A stretch of 64,000 bases of DNA from Lama guanicoe (GCA_013239625.1 MU053810.1:5054071-5118070), one strand, 5' to 3'. Shown: positions 1-13,566, counted from the first letter of the stretch. Made by a program: numbers and translations. The notes: generated by a model not told the origin, from the letters alone.

Positions 1-252
1 ACCCTCCTACACTGCTGGTGGGAATACAGTTTAATGCAGCCAGTATGGAAAACAGTATGGAGTCTCCTTAAAAATCTAAAAATTGACTTACCATATGATC
101 CAGCCATCCCCTCCTGGGCATGTATCTGGAGGAAACTCTAACTCAAAAAGACACATGCACCCCAATGTTCATAGCAGCACTATTTACAACAGCTAAGACA
201 TGGAAACAACCTGAATGTCCATTGACAGAGGACTGAATAAAGAAATGTGATA

Positions 253-291
<39 letters not shown>

Positions 292-800
292 GGAATACTA
301 CTCAGCCATAAAAAGAGTAAAATAATGCCATTTGCAGCAACATGGATGGACCTGGACATTGTCATACTAAGTGAAGTTAACCAGAAAGAGATAGAAAAAT
401 ACCATATATTACTTATATGTGGAATCTAAAACAATAAGACAAGTGAACAAAACAGAAACAAGCTCACATAGAAAGCAAGCTTGTGGTTACCAGGGGTAAA
501 GGATGGGATGGGGATGGATAAATTGGGAGTTCAAGATTTGCAGATACCACCATATAGAAAATAGATGAACAGCAAGGTCCTACTGTATAGCACAGGGGAC
601 TATATTCAATGACTCTGAGTAACTTGTAATGAAAAATAATATGAAAAGGAATATATATATAATATATATAAGTTATATATATATATGTATATATGTTATA
701 TATAAAATATATATATATGTAACTGAATCATTATGCTATACACCAGAAATGAACACAGTGTAGACGAACTACACTTAAATTTTAAAAATTAATAAAAATA
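1..800 (+). mobile_element. LINE-1 3' end (ORF2 C-terminus plus 3' UTR) with internal (CA)n and (TA)n
   Basis: ORF2-type peptide KIMPFAATWMDLDIVILSEV, L1 3' UTR motif ctgtatagcacaggg, and an A-rich tail. Confidence 0.92.
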
Positions 801-1429
801 GATAAATCAGAGCAGTTTTCATTGTAAAATCCTGTAGGTTAGTACTGAGTAATCTGTTGTTTAAAAAATGCATTAATTGATTTGGTGAGTACTATTTCTA
901 GTATAATATATATAAATATATATATTAGTATAGTGTTTTAAGCCCCATCCTGAATCAGTATCTTGGCCAAATTATTATATAATTTTTTCATATAAAATTG
1001 GAACTACTAAAATTTCAGTATGAATTTACATCTATAGTACACTTGGCAAGCAAAAACTATTTTACTATGTTTTTTGTATTTCAAACTTAAGCATCTTAAT
1101 AGAAATAAAACTGCTCTCTCAAAGTCTTCTTAATCTAAATACTATCAGTGGGAAGATGGGTCTTTCCATCTTTGTAGTCAAGGTGTGCTACTGTCTGCTG
1201 TTCTTCTCATCATCTCGTATTTCCCATGTGGCCAGATGGTTATTTTGTAACCTTTAAAAATCTATGCAAACAGGCATGTTTCAATTATGCATTATGGCCA
1301 CTGAATCATTAATTCCTTCACTCATCTTATTAGTAGGGAAATGTTCAGGCTACATAGGCTTTTAGTGGCAGGTTTCATTTTCAGGTTTCTGAAGATGGCC
1401 ATAGCGACATTTACCCCATCGCAGTTGAT

Positions 1430-2075
1430 CTTCTTACAGTAGGATGCTGCTATACTTCCACCGAGTGACGGCAGTCTCTGTTGCCATCCCTTGAACTCGG
1501 ACAAATCTCTGTATCTCTTTGACTAACAGAACACAGTGGGAGTGAGCCTGTCATGTAAGAAGCAATGTGGCTTTCACCCGCTTCTGTCTGTTTCTCTGTC
1601 TACACTTGCCTTGGGAGCCCCAGCGCCACGTTTTGAGGAAGCCCAAGCACACAGAAGAATCCCAGCCTCAGCTGAGGTTCCAACCAACAGCCAACACCAA
1701 CCACCAGACAGGCCTTCAGATCGGAGCGACGACACACAGAACTTTCTGTGAGCATGGAAATTTTCTGTTTTTGCTAAGATGAGGCTCTTGAGCAATGGTA
1801 ATATAGCTAGTGTGAATGAGGAAGTGAATTTTAAATTTGATTTGACTTTAATTTAAATATAAATAACATGTGTGCTACCACCTTGGATGGTTTAGTCCTC
1901 AACCTTTGAATCTTCCTGCTAAAGCAACAAACATCGTGGAGCAGAAACAAGCCAGCCCCACTGTGCTCTCCCTATATTCTTAAGTCTTGGGAGCATGAAT
2001 AATAATAAATAATAAGTTTTGGTTTAAGCTACTCAGTTTTCAGGTAGTCTGTTACACAGCCATCAATAATGAATA
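1430..2075 (+). mobile_element. MaLR (MLT1-type) solo LTR, split by a MER33-like hAT fragment at about 1790-1890
   Basis: MLT1 motifs (cccttgaactc, gaggaagcccaagc, agcagaaacaagcc, ttaagctactcagtttt...tgttacacagc). Confidence 0.65.
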
Positions 2076-3297
2076 CGCTCTATTTTGTTTGATGTTTTGT
2101 TCTCTGTGGCAAATAAAAATGCTCAGGTGTCTCTCATCTTTTAAAAGCCCTCGAGCTATATTCTTGTGTCTCTTCTCTTCATAGCCAGGTTTCTTGAACA
2201 AGTCGTCCACACTTACTGTCCTCACTCAGTCAACATCCTCTAGGATCTGGATACAGATGAGATCACAGATGAGTTCAGGCTTATTCCTCCCACTTGGAAA
2301 ATGCAGGACTTCAGCACCACACCCTGACTCCACGTTCTCCCCTACCTACTTCTGAGTGAAGCTCACCCTGGCAGAAAAAAGCCACCCCCCTACTGGATGA
2401 GAAATTGAAAAAAAAAAGAAAAAAACCCCCAAAACTCTTTCCTGATGGACTAGAAAAAGATAACTCTTTTAAGAAAAGGACACCCCTTTCTGGGTGCTGA
2501 TGGGGTCCATGGCTTGGTAAGTGGAGTGTAGGCTGGATTTCAGCCCCTCGCCTCCCCTCGGCCAGGCATCCTCGGCTCAGGGCACCTGCAGCTCCGGCAG
2601 TGGGACAACCCACACAGTACCTGTGTTTCCGGGATATGCAGAGTTTTCTCCCAAGGTCCATCTGCATTCCTCTCTTGGGCTGCTCTGGTCCTCTGTGGAT
2701 GCCTGTGGCCCAGAAAGCCTCAGAAGGCGGCATCTGGTGAAGCCCCCTGGATGTGGATACCCTTCCCAGCCCAGGAGCTCACCAAACTGCAGAACCCCTG
2801 GGATCATCAAACGGAGCTGCTTTTCCAGTACCTCTCCCTGCGCCAGGGCTGTGCCAGAATCCTCAGTGAAATGCGGAGATCGGCCTGGCTGCCCTACTTG
2901 GTGGCGTGAAAGTGACCAGGAAAACAGCTCTTTCTGCTGGCCTCTTAGTCTACTTCCCTCCAGTCATGGAGGGTGACTGGGGCCACGGAACCATGCAGCC
3001 CCCTCCGCGTATCTCCTCTCTCCTTACTCTGCACACCTCCCCCAGCATCAACTCCCACATCTCCCTTCCATGATCTTCTTTTCCCTTCATGAAATAAGCT
3101 GGCCCACTGGCCCTCAAATGTCATCAGGAGATCCAAATGAACTTGATGATGGCAAAGTAAGTAAAACCTCCAAATGCTATTTTTTGCCAAAATTAGCCAG
3201 ACATCTGGGTGGAGAGTGTGGTTTGGGGTTTCAATTTCCTAGAACATACTAACGTTATTACAAACATGGGTCAATAAAAAACAAAATAAAAAAATCA

Positions 3298-3502
3298 GGA
3301 TTTGCAGATATTAACTACTATATGTAAAATAAACAACAAGTCTCTTCTGTATAGCACAGGGAACTCTATCCAGTATCTTGTAGTAACTGATAATGAAAAA
3401 GAACATGAAAATGAATATATGTATGTACATGTATGACTGAAACAGTATGCTCTTCACCAGAAATTGACACACTGGAACTGACTATACTTCAATAAAACAA
3501 AA
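3298..3502 (+). mobile_element. 5'-truncated L1 3' UTR fragment
   Basis: Similar to the 3' UTR of the L1 at 1-800, ending actatacttcaataaaa. Confidence 0.85.
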
Positions 3503-4305
3503 GTGGGGAAACAGTTCCATGACAGCAGGTCTTTAGAAGTGGGGTAGGTTACCTTCTATCTCCTTGGGGAAAATCCAAGTTCACTGCACAGGAGGCTGAG
3601 GAAGTGGTGGCTCGTGCTCTGCAAGGCTGTTTTCAGTCTCCGGAGGACTGGGACATGGCAAGACAAGTGATATAGCCACAGACATCCAAAGGTTAAAGAA
3701 GACACATCACGATCTGACCTTCTCGCAGCTCACCTTGGGGGTATATCGTTCTATACGTGATACATTCCAGTCCAGTGAGAAAGAGCCAGTTTAGGATGAG
3801 GGCTTCTACTTTGTTTGAAGGATCCCCAAGTATTACTGATTATGTTGATTGTAACTGAATCCAAATGTTTCTAGGGAAACATGCCACACACTGTTCCCCC
3901 TTATTAATCAGCTTTGGAACACTAAATTAATAAATGCATTGGTGAACCATTCATCAGGTGATAAGCTTTTCCATTTTTGGTCCAGGCTAAATAAACTCAG
4001 TGGTATGACATAGGCTAGAGTTTTCAAGAGAAAAAGAAATACTGTTTTTCCCAAACAGTGATATTCTTGGATATCACTGTCAAAACATTACCTGATAGGA
4101 AAACATGGTAGGAAAATGATTAAACTTCTTGTGTGTTTAATGAGTTCTTCTTTTTAAGCATTAACTAGCACAAATCATTCTCAAAATCCTCTGACATAGA
4201 TCAATTTCCTTTCTAATTTGAAAAATCCTATGGTTCTCAAAAGTGATAGGGATGTTTTGTAAAACTCAATATTTTAAAGAAAATATTTTAATAATACATA
4301 CTTTG

Positions 4306-4553
4306 ATGGGGAAAAGGGACGGGAAGGGATAAAAATTTGGGAGTTTGAGATTTACAAATGTTAGCCACTATATATAAAAATAGATTTTAAAAGTTTCTTC
4401 TGTATAGCACAGGGAACTATGTTCAATATCTTGTAATAACCTTTGATGAAAAAGAATAGGAAAACAAATATATGTATGTATATGCATGACTGGGACATTG
4501 TGCTGTACACCAGAGATTGACACATTGTAACTGACTGTACTTCAATTAAAAAA
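4306..4553 (+). mobile_element. 5'-truncated L1 3' UTR with 13-bp TSD
   Basis: TSD aatacatactttg at 4293-4305 and 4554-4566, plus L1 3' UTR motifs. Confidence 0.9.
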
Positions 4554-5224
4554 AATACATACTTTGTGCCCAGTATTATATTTGAAAATCAAATGTACTT
4601 GGATTTTTCTAGGTCCTCTGATACAAATGTGCCATAGTGGAAAATTATATTTAAAATGTTAATTTTGAGAGTTCAAGAAACTGGCCAGTAAGACAGAATT
4701 ATCAACCTCTGCCTTGGATACTGATTCTTTGGAGGAACAAAGCTAGGAGGAATTCCCTTTGCTGGCTTGCCCCTTGGGATATCTGGGTGTGGTTTATTTT
4801 CTTCTCTGGCTGGAACAAAAATATGCAGGAAAATCTTCTTTTACAACTAAAATTCCTTGTTCTTACAAACAAGCTTAAGGAGGAGAAAAAAACAAAAGCA
4901 ACAGATCAAGCCTAGCTTAATCATTTGCTTTTACTGGTGCATATATTGGATTTTTTCCAGGTTAACAAAAATAAAGCCACAGGGAAGATGTCTGCAGTAG
5001 TATATTTAAGCTACTGGCTCACACAGATTTTAATGGCTGAAAGTATATAAAAAATGTAAAGGCAGAAGAAAAACAGTAAGCAGTTATGAAACATAACAAG
5101 TTTTCTTACTCTTTATTAGTTTAAAGGAAGCTGGGACCTGATAACAATACACCACGCACGGTTCAGAACCAAACAAAGGCTGCTTCGTTATTTACTTTGC
5201 ATTTGCTCCTTTTAGGAAGCGAGG

Positions 5225-5287
5225 GAAGAAACAAAACAAAACAAAACAAAACAAAAAACAACAGCTCTATTGGCACGCCAGTTTATT
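5225..5287 (-). terminator. Probable PRTFDC1 polyadenylation signal with GU-rich downstream element
   Basis: Minus-strand AATAAA at 5282-5287, followed about 18 nt later by TGTTGTTTTTTG(TTTTG)n, implying a 3' UTR of about 1.1 kb. Alternative AATAAA hexamers lie at 5871-5876 and 5112-5117. Confidence 0.6.
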
Positions 5288-6351
5288 TTCAATTAAAATC
5301 CCCATTAAATTAGAAAACATCTCATAAAACATTGGAAATGCAAAAAAATGGCATTCAGAAAAAAACTTTTAAGTCCCCTAGCTTCCTAGAATGCCTTGGA
5401 TTGTGTGATCGGTCTCCCAAGGCCACTTTAAAAAAATAATTCAACCTCTGTGTTCATGTTTAGGATAATCCATAATTGTGTCTTTCCCTCTGATGGAGAT
5501 AGAGGAAAAATTTATACTTGTTTAGTTTCGAGCATTGAAAACACTGCCCCGCTCCCCCCACAATTTTGCTATTTGCTCATGTCCCACGTGAATAAAAGGA
5601 TGGCGCTTAGAAACCAGGGCCTTGCTGCCATTGTGTTTTTTCTAATTAAAATTCAAAGTATTAAACACAGTTGAGTACATCCATGCATACATGACATACC
5701 GTTATCACAAACCCGGAAGCCCCAATCGAGAGCACTGGGCAAAGGTCCATTTCATAACATCATTAAGATTCACTGTACGCTGCTGTTCAGAGAGGCTTTG
5801 TCAAAGCAAATAATAATGGCCTGTCAGAAGTGCGCAAACAGAAATTTATATTAAATTGTCCTTTTCCTCCTTTATTAGTCTGGGAATTGAGTTGCATTTC
5901 CAGTATACGGGCTCAGAGTTTCACCTAAAAGGCTTCTAGGTTTTCAGATTGCAAAATGTTACCAAAGTAGAATATTAAAAAAAAAAAAAGCTCAGTGAAA
6001 AATATTTGAGTAACTAGGTGGGGTACAGACATCGAGCATAATGAGTTCATGAAAGCACAAGGTGTATCTCAGGGGTGTGAAGGTAGACTGAGCTCGTGAG
6101 TCACAAGGCGGAGTGTTTAATTTGGAGCAAGTCAGATGGAAGCATTGCTTTTTTTCCCTTAAGAACCTCTGGGACTCTTTATGTTATGTTGTAATCTCAG
6201 AAAAGAAAGCTCTCTCATTAAATTTTTTGCTTTTTCCCTTTTAAATCCTGCTGAGTGAAGAGGCCTGGGAGACAGGCTTTACGTGCTGGCTTTCTGAGCG
6301 TCATCGTAAGTAGGATGTTTTCCGGAGATTCGATGGTGAAAATTTACTTCT

Positions 6352-6399
6352 TTAGACTCGATACTTTTCTTTGCCGTGTTCATTGATCCCACATATGTG
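6352..6399 (-). CDS. PRTFDC1: PRTFDC1 terminal exon 9, coding part (HICGINEHGKEKYRV*)
   Basis: tttcag|CACATATGTGGG...CGAGTCTAA, 48 nt including the stop codon. Confidence 0.95.
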   Translation of the reverse strand, partial: HICGINEHGKEKYRV

Positions 6400-6509
6400 C
6401 TGAAACAATAAAGGATTTACATGCATCAGCTTCTTAACAAAACATGAGGTGCAGAAAATGGGATACAGTAAGAACAGAATGTTATCTCGTATTCGCTTAT
6501 TGTTCGTTT

Positions 6510-6615
6510 AAATACATATGCACGTACTTACATGTAATGTATACACCTATATGTATACATGCACGTATACACACATATATGTATACACGCACATTTATAT
6601 ATACGTATGTATGTA
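6510..6615. repeat. Degenerate (TA/CA)n alternating purine-pyrimidine repeat in intron 8
   Basis: Run of tatacac/tatgtata units. Confidence 0.75.
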
Positions 6616-7529
6616 AAATCTAAAGAGACCCACTCAAATGCTTGACAAAAGTTTCTTCATTGGTTTAGTTTTGAGCTCGTTCCCAGATCGGGTTCTGTGG
6701 GTCTGTAACACCCAGAGATGCTGAAGGTGGTGGAGTCCAGTAAGCACTGGTGGAGACAGAAGTCTCCTACTGCTACAAGCATGACTTCTAGGGTGAATGG
6801 AGAAATTGCCGCGGTAAGCACAATACTGCCTCTCCTTTGACCCTTTTTGGATAGCAAGAAATGTGTCAGAAACATTTGGATGGCAAGCAACAGGAATGGT
6901 GTCACGTTAATGTAAGCGAAAGAGGGAGTGTGATCGGCAGGCAGGATGCTGGGGTAGCTCACAGAGGCAGACGAAGAGCAGGGTAATGAGGCAAGTGGAA
7001 GGCAGGAACAGGGGTGGCTCCTGCCCCTAGCCCATGGCTTAAGCCCCAAGTCCCTTGGTCTCTGTGGCTTTTGACTTAAGTTTCTAATTCCCAGGCGAGA
7101 GATTGATTGTTTCCACTTTGGGTAAGATGTCTACCCCTGGATCATTCACCAGTGGGCAGGGCCATGCACCATGTCTACGTGTTAAAACCATTTCTCCCAA
7201 ACGAGAATAGTTATGAGCTACATGCTGCTATACTTGGTCCTGCTAGATTTGAAGCCCTGGCACAAAACAGTTTATAGAATATTGACTGTCAGTATGGTTA
7301 AATGGAGACACAGTTGATGATGATGGAGAAAAATCAGTAATAAGCTGGAGTGCAGCTTTTAACTTCCTTATTTTCTTAGCACAAAATAGAGATAATCATA
7401 ATTGTTTCCATCATCCTAATATCCACCTTGCAGGGTAGTGGTGGGAATACACTGGGATTATGAATGCCAAGTGCCCGAAATATTCCCAACACAGATGACA
7501 CTCCATAAATGGTAGCCATCATTATTTCA

Positions 7530-7766
<237 letters not shown>

Positions 7767-9261
7767 TTAACCAGTGGGGACCTTCCGTTAGGCAGAAGTA
7801 CGAGAGAAAAGTGATAAGCAATGCATGGGACGAGCCCAACAGGACCTGGACCAGAGTGACTACTCAGGGAGACAAGACAAACAGGCAGACAGACAGCGAA
7901 AAATGACTGCACGCCTCGTGCACAGAGCTGAGAGCGGGCTCGGGCAGCCCAGTGGATAACAAGAAGTATGCACGAATCAGACATGTGGCCCTGTTGTTCC
8001 AAAGCAAGCAGTATCCAACGACACCATGCCAAAGGAAACACTTTGCGAAGCTTGAAGGGCAGTTCAAACGGCGTATTCCAACCCTGTAATATGTGAACAG
8101 GGGCACAGGCTGTTACAATAGGAAGCCATCCTCCCACTGTACTCAGTGTCCTCAGCTGGATAAAAGGCTATAAAGAAAACCTGGGAGACAAGATGAAAGG
8201 AAATGGGATGGTTCAGCTCGAGGAAGACAATGCTAAGGGTTATCCTAACGCTAGTCTTTGAGTCCACGATGCACATGATATTAATTAGCGCTTTGTCTCC
8301 TGTGGAGGCAGAATGAGAGTAAGTGGCTTTAAATGCAGGACTAGGTACTTAGGTTAAGCAAAGGATGAATATATTGAAAGAAAGATGATTTTCACTGGAA
8401 AGGACACTTAAGGAACATACAATAGCTCTTCTCCTTCAGGTCATGAGATGGAATAAATGTGCTATTGCCCAATGAGTTTTCAAATTCTTTTCCAGTTTGG
8501 GGGAATCTCATGTTTGTTTGTTACAGTATTACAGATGAGAGATGTACTTGCTTATTTCTCTGAAACTGTACTTCGGCGTAGCCAGTGAACTTACAGCACA
8601 GAGAAAGTTCTCTCCATGGTGACTGCTCAGCACCACTTTGATCCTTCTGACCAAGGATGCTTTCACATGGAGAAGCCAACTGGTTCCTGCTCCCAGACAG
8701 TGCTAGAGACGAAGGACTTATTTTCTAAGGATTGCATTATGTGTCACTCTTAGGAAGCCCATTTGATCGCTCCAAACTGTAGGTTTCTGAGAAAAATAAT
8801 CAAAGCTAAGAAACCAGAGCAGAAGAAAAGGTGTCAGAGCATATACAAGGTGACCTTGAGCCTAAAGGAAAAAGTCAATTACGAGAAAGGACCAACAAGT
8901 ACAAAGCCTCAGAAGAAAGACAGAATAGAAATCCTGAGTTAGCTAAAGAATATTAGCAAATCCTAGGAAAACTGGGTGGCAAGGATAATAATGACTTTCC
9001 AGAGAGTAAGACAGTCCCTACAGCAGGCACTGGCAACTCAGACTGGGAAACTCAGTTCCAAAGGTTAAACCTTCAGAGCTGTCATGAAACAAAACAATGC
9101 CGGATCAGTGGGACAGGAGAACAGCCAGGAATCAGACTGATGGATCTCTAGCTGGTAAATGGGTGTAGTTCCTACATTTATATTTGCAATTGCAGATGCT
9201 ACTAGCAGGTAAAGTGCAAGAAGGAGAGTCATGATTGCAACCAGACTTCCTGGGCTCAACA

Positions 9262-9450
9262 CGGACTCTGCACTTACAGCTAGGGGATCTTGGCAAGCTC
9301 TTTAACCTGCTTGTGTTCAATTTCATCATCTGTAAAATGGGCACAACCATAGCACCTAGTTTAGGGGAAGGTTGTGAGGGTTAAACGTGTTTAGCTCTCT
9401 GTAGCTCTTAGAACGGAGTCAGGCACGTCATAACCTCCTGCTAGCGTTAG
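9262..9450 (+). mobile_element. MIR SINE
   Basis: MIR core ttcatcatctgtaaaatggg...gttgtgagggttaaa...cttagaac. Confidence 0.8.
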
Positions 9451-10618
9451 CGGCTGTTATTTTATTAATGTTGTTGCTGTAAGTGACACAAGAAATTTGA
9501 AACTAGCTGGATGTGTCTGAAGAGCATGTCTTTCTCCTTCAGTTGAAATCTTGTCTATACAGTGTCTTACATGATTTCCCTAGAAGGCTTCTGTGTATTA
9601 ACCTTGTCCAGTCTTAACTACATCCAGATTATCTTCCCCAAGCCAGTAACTGGACAGGAACATGCTATTGGGTCTCTCTGTTCAGAACTGACATTATCTA
9701 GATTTAATACATCCAGCCTAGGAATGAAACCTGCTTTTAGAATAAAGAACCACGAGTTCAATGTCACTGGCTCGTTACCCATCCATAGCGCGCTCCTTGT
9801 ACTAATGTTTGTTCAGCTTGCTGATGAGAACTGTAGCCAAATTATCCCAGAGGCTTTAGTGCAAATGTAAGTTATAAAAACCAAGCTGAAGTCTGCCTAT
9901 GCAAGTGAAAAAAAAATCGCTTCTGGTCTTAGAATAATAAATAATCAAGCAGCTTGTTTATCCCTTCTGGCATGAGAAATATTCGTATCATGGGGAGCAG
10001 GTAGGAAAGAGCCTCAGATGAGGGAAGTCCTTGAGAACACACGTCTGAACTCAAGGGTGAGATGGTATCTGGAGGTACTGCCTCTGCTAATTCTCTGTGT
10101 TCTTGAACTTCTGCTTGGAGGTGGGGGGTAGGGGTCTTGGATTACCCCGTCTGTGTGCTGAAATTCAGGCTTCCTGAAGTGTAGCATTACACATCATCTG
10201 CTCACAGTTCCTGCGATTGTAGGACCCCTCTCAACCCTCTCTGTGTCCAACTGATGGAGAAAGAGGCCAAGGGAGGAATCCTGAGCATCTGAGTCAGACT
10301 GGGGGAGGGGGTCAAGTCTCCTTCGACCCCCTGAAACCTATTTAGCTGAGTTCTTTGGAGTGAAGGCGCTATGGGAAACCTAAAAATAAAAACATCCAAT
10401 GTACGCAACAGAGTTCCTGGGAGAGACGCCAATTAGAAAATGAACCCTGATGGTAGAGGGTTCTATCGCCGGGGAGACGACGGCGTGTTTATGGGACCAT
10501 CAAATCTTTACAGCTTCCGTTTCACATGGAATGCCGACAAATAGGAAACCAAAGATTCCTAAACACAAAACAGCACCACCAGCCAATAACCAACGGACAA
10601 GAAGCCAAACACACTTAC

Positions 10619-10665
10619 AGTCAGGTCTAAAGCCATCACTTCTAGATGTTCTCTTCACCAACAAA
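10619..10665 (-). CDS. PRTFDC1: PRTFDC1 exon 7 (LLVKRTSRSDGFRPD)
   Basis: 47 nt. Acceptor gatag, donor gtaagt. The peptide is visible inside ORF 10500..10724. Confidence 0.96.
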
Positions 10666-11133
10666 CTATCATTAAAAAAAAAAAAAAGCTTTAGTAATCC
10701 AGATAAAATGTCTGTGAATGGCAAATAGAATTGAGCATCATTAAAATATGTATTTGAAACATGCTATTATTCTCCCCTGGAGCACTTGGGGCATCAGCAC
10801 CGCCCTCTAATTTCTGCTCCTGCGGCACCACATCAGGGAGATTCTGGATGAAAGGAAGGGAGAGGGGCACGGGCCCTGGGGCTCAGCCAGCTGCTCCTGG
10901 AAACAGCTAATGGAGGCAGAGGAAAGAGGGGCTCAGACACACAGCGAAGCACGTCCTCTTCCCTTTCCTCTCTCTCAGGCTAGCAGTCCAATGGGCTGTT
11001 TGTTCAGTGTGGCCAAACTGTAACACCCCAGGGCAAAGGGTCTGCATTCTTTGGAGACAGCATCCTGTGTCAGCATCCCTCTTGGGCTGGTTTGGAAAGA
11101 CAGAAACAAGGATGACGTGAATGCCTTACTCAC

Positions 11134-11200
11134 CTGGCTACCTTAATCATGTTGGGCTTGTGAGCAAAGCTTTCATGGTCCTCCCCGTTCCGACAACATC
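11134..11200 (-). CDS. PRTFDC1: PRTFDC1 exon 6 with 16-nt deletion (DVVGTGRTMKALL then frameshift TSPT*)
   Basis: gcaaag|GATGTTGTCGGAACGGGG...GTAGCCAG|gtgagt, 67 nt. KPNMIKVAS is present but out of frame, and there is an in-frame TGA at 11147-11149. Confidence 0.93.
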
Positions 11201-12044
11201 CTTTGCAAAGAGGACAGACAAATTCAGTCAAATGCATTCGGGCTGCATTAAAAGGCTTTTTCATCCAGACAGATGATTCTATTCCTTATTAATAATGCAT
11301 CGTAACTAGGATTGCTGTCAAATTGGAGTCAAAGCACGAGGCAGAGCTGGTTATATTTTTTAGACAGGTGCTTCTTTCTGGAAGCTGGGTTTGAGGGGAT
11401 ATATTGGTGCCTGTTTCCTCCTGGAATCTTTGAGCTGTGTTGAAAGGCTAAATTCAGCCTTTGGAGAGCATGTGGGGCTCTTCATTGAGTGCATTTGGAC
11501 TCGTGCACGCACATTCAAGGACTAAATTTGGCCCCGAGGTTATGTAACACAATACAGCGCGCATGAATTTTCATGGACATGGGATGTACATCTGAATACT
11601 CTGAATGGATAAACGCCTCCCCCTCACTCTCCGCACTTAATAGAGGATTCTGTGGCTGGGAAGTGAGATGTGTCTGGACAGCAGCTGGTGACAGCCTGTG
11701 GGTTCAGAGGGTGCGAGGCTGCCGCGAGCTGAGGCTCGTCCCCGCTGACGAGCTGCCGCACAATGAGAGCAGAATGGGCGGCAGACGTGTATTGTCCCTG
11801 GGACAGAAATCAGCTGTCAGGAGCTGATTATCAAAACAACAGGTCTGAATTTAGCCAGGGTTGGGCAATTCGTTTGGCTAGAGGGTCTCCTGCATGGGTT
11901 ACGTCTGCGCCAGAAGAGCTGCAGATCCATGCGGTACACAGGCGACCGTAACAAAAGCTTGAAAACAGCTTCCCTGCATTTTCGCCAGCTGACAACCCAG
12001 GCGTGCTGTGCGATACGGTCCGTTCTTTCTTTCTCTCTCTCTTT

Positions 12045-12202
12045 TTAAAACTTTTAATTAATTTCTTGCGACTTTTTCCGGGGGGGGGGGTGTCGGTAAT
12101 TAGGTTTATTAATTTATTTTTTAAATGGAGGTGCTGGGGATTGAACCCAGGACCGCGTGCATGCTAGGCATGCACTCTGCCACTGAGTTATACCCTCCCT
12201 CC
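12045..12202 (-). mobile_element. tRNA-derived SINE (camelid vic-1-like)
   Basis: Reverse complement carries the B-box GGGTTCAATCCCCAG, the tRNA-like head and a cctaattac-C-run tail. Confidence 0.85.
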
Positions 12203-12264
12203 TTTTTTTTTAAACAGAAAACAAATTAAATTAAATTCTAGCTTTCCTCTGGATAGCCATTTTA

Positions 12265-12405
12265 CTTACTTATTTATTTTTTTTTTGCGAGGGAGGGGCG
12301 ATAGGTTTACTTGTCTGTTTATTTTTGGAGGAAGGACTGGGGACTGAACCCAGGACCCGGTGTATATTAAGCACGCGCTCTACCACTTGAGCTATTCCCT
12401 CCCCC
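12265..12405 (-). mobile_element. tRNA-derived SINE (camelid vic-1-like)
   Basis: Same family motifs (gaacccaggacc, ctctaccac-gagcta), flanked by catttta on both sides. Confidence 0.8.
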
Positions 12406-12836
12406 AAGGCATTTTAAAATTGACTGTATTCTTGATTTGGATGTTGAAGGGAGAATTGCTCCAAGTCATTAGAGGTCATTAGCAAGGACCCTGAATTAAG
12501 GGTAAAGACAGTTCTAACCTTGGTTTTACTATGAAAAAAATTTTGGCTTCCTCTTCTGTAAAAACGTCTGATTCAGAAATAGGTGTAAGAATTAATCTAG
12601 ACATGTATGGCATTAGATATAAAACAGGATAGAGCACCATGCAACAATTTCTGCAAAGCTATTCTTCTAAGTTATTTCAAGCTAGTAATTCTAGTTGACT
12701 CCTTTTCTATAAATTTGGAGAGCCCTGTACACAGTGGGAATTCAGTAAGTCCTTGGCCAATTTGATAACAAATTCTGTATTTTGAAACTCACCATTAGAT
12801 TCTTTCAACTTCCAAATATGGATTAAGTCAGCTTAC

Positions 12837-12854
12837 CTCAACAATGAGGACATT
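12837..12854 (-). CDS. PRTFDC1: PRTFDC1 exon 5, 18-nt micro-exon (NVLIVE)
   Basis: tttcag|AATGTCCTCATTGTTGAG|gtaagc. Same size and peptide as HPRT-family exon 5. Confidence 0.95.
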
Positions 12855-13327
12855 CTGAAATTAAAAACAACAATTATTTGGAATCTGATGCAAATCCGGC
12901 TCATAAGATAAACACACATTTTACTTACAGTTAGAATTTCACAATTAGCTTAGCTGTTCCTCCGCCATCCATCTAACCCGAATGCTTGGAGGTAATCTAG
13001 GACTTCCAGATTCATTTTAACAGTCTTTCTGGAATTACTTAGAGCTGCTACATTGGTATCTACATTCAGGTTAGGGGGAAGCTTATTTTAGACTCTTTAT
13101 CTGTCTAAAGAGCTATCCATAAAGACGTCCCACCTCCATCATTCTGGCAAGTGTCCCCACCCAGCGTTCTTTGGGACACAAAGCTTACTAAGAGTTTACG
13201 AGGTAAACAGACCAACATAGACAGCATCACTAATGGAGACAGAGTTCTGTAGAAGGACCCTGTATTCGGCTGGGACAGCCCTCTGCCAGTGTAGCTACCA
13301 GTCCCCAGGGATTCTATATTTACTCTT

Positions 13328-13424
13328 ACTTTTTTTTTTTTTAACTGAAAGTACCAGGGATTGAACCCAGGACCTTATGCATGATAAGCATGAACTCTAC
13401 CACTGAGCCATGCCCACCCCACTC
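13328..13424 (-). mobile_element. Short tRNA-derived SINE with 11-bp TSD
   Basis: TSD tatttactctt at 13317-13327 and 13425-13435, poly(T) tail and B-box. Confidence 0.88.
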
Positions 13425-13566
13425 TATTTACTCTTGGACTTTCAACTCTGAGGAAGGGGAGGAGCCTGGTTTATATTTTTAGTGGCCTGGTTATGCTCCT
13501 TCCTCTGTGCTTTCCAGGCATCCCTCCACTTCTCCTCTAGAAACACTGATTATGCTTCATCTTAAC

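Noticed and set aside
2311..2976. Longest ORFs in the window (140 and 151 aa) in a GC-richer patch, with a CTCF-like stretch at about 2381-2397
   Set aside because: No recognisable domain, overlapping antisense ORFs typical of GC-rich non-coding DNA, and the CTCF match is imperfect.
4055..4080. 10-bp stem hairpin acagtgatat...atatcactgt
   Set aside because: Isolated, too short for a pre-miRNA, and plausible by chance.
11134..11182. Cryptic AG 20 nt into exon 6 that would restore the frame (DHESFAHKPNMIKVAS)
   Set aside because: It has no polypyrimidine tract and would delete the PRPP-binding loop, so it is unlikely to rescue function. Skipping exon 6 alone is also out of frame.
11550..12020. 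Local CpG enrichment in intron 5
   Set aside because: Too short and sparse for a CpG island, with no promoter evidence.
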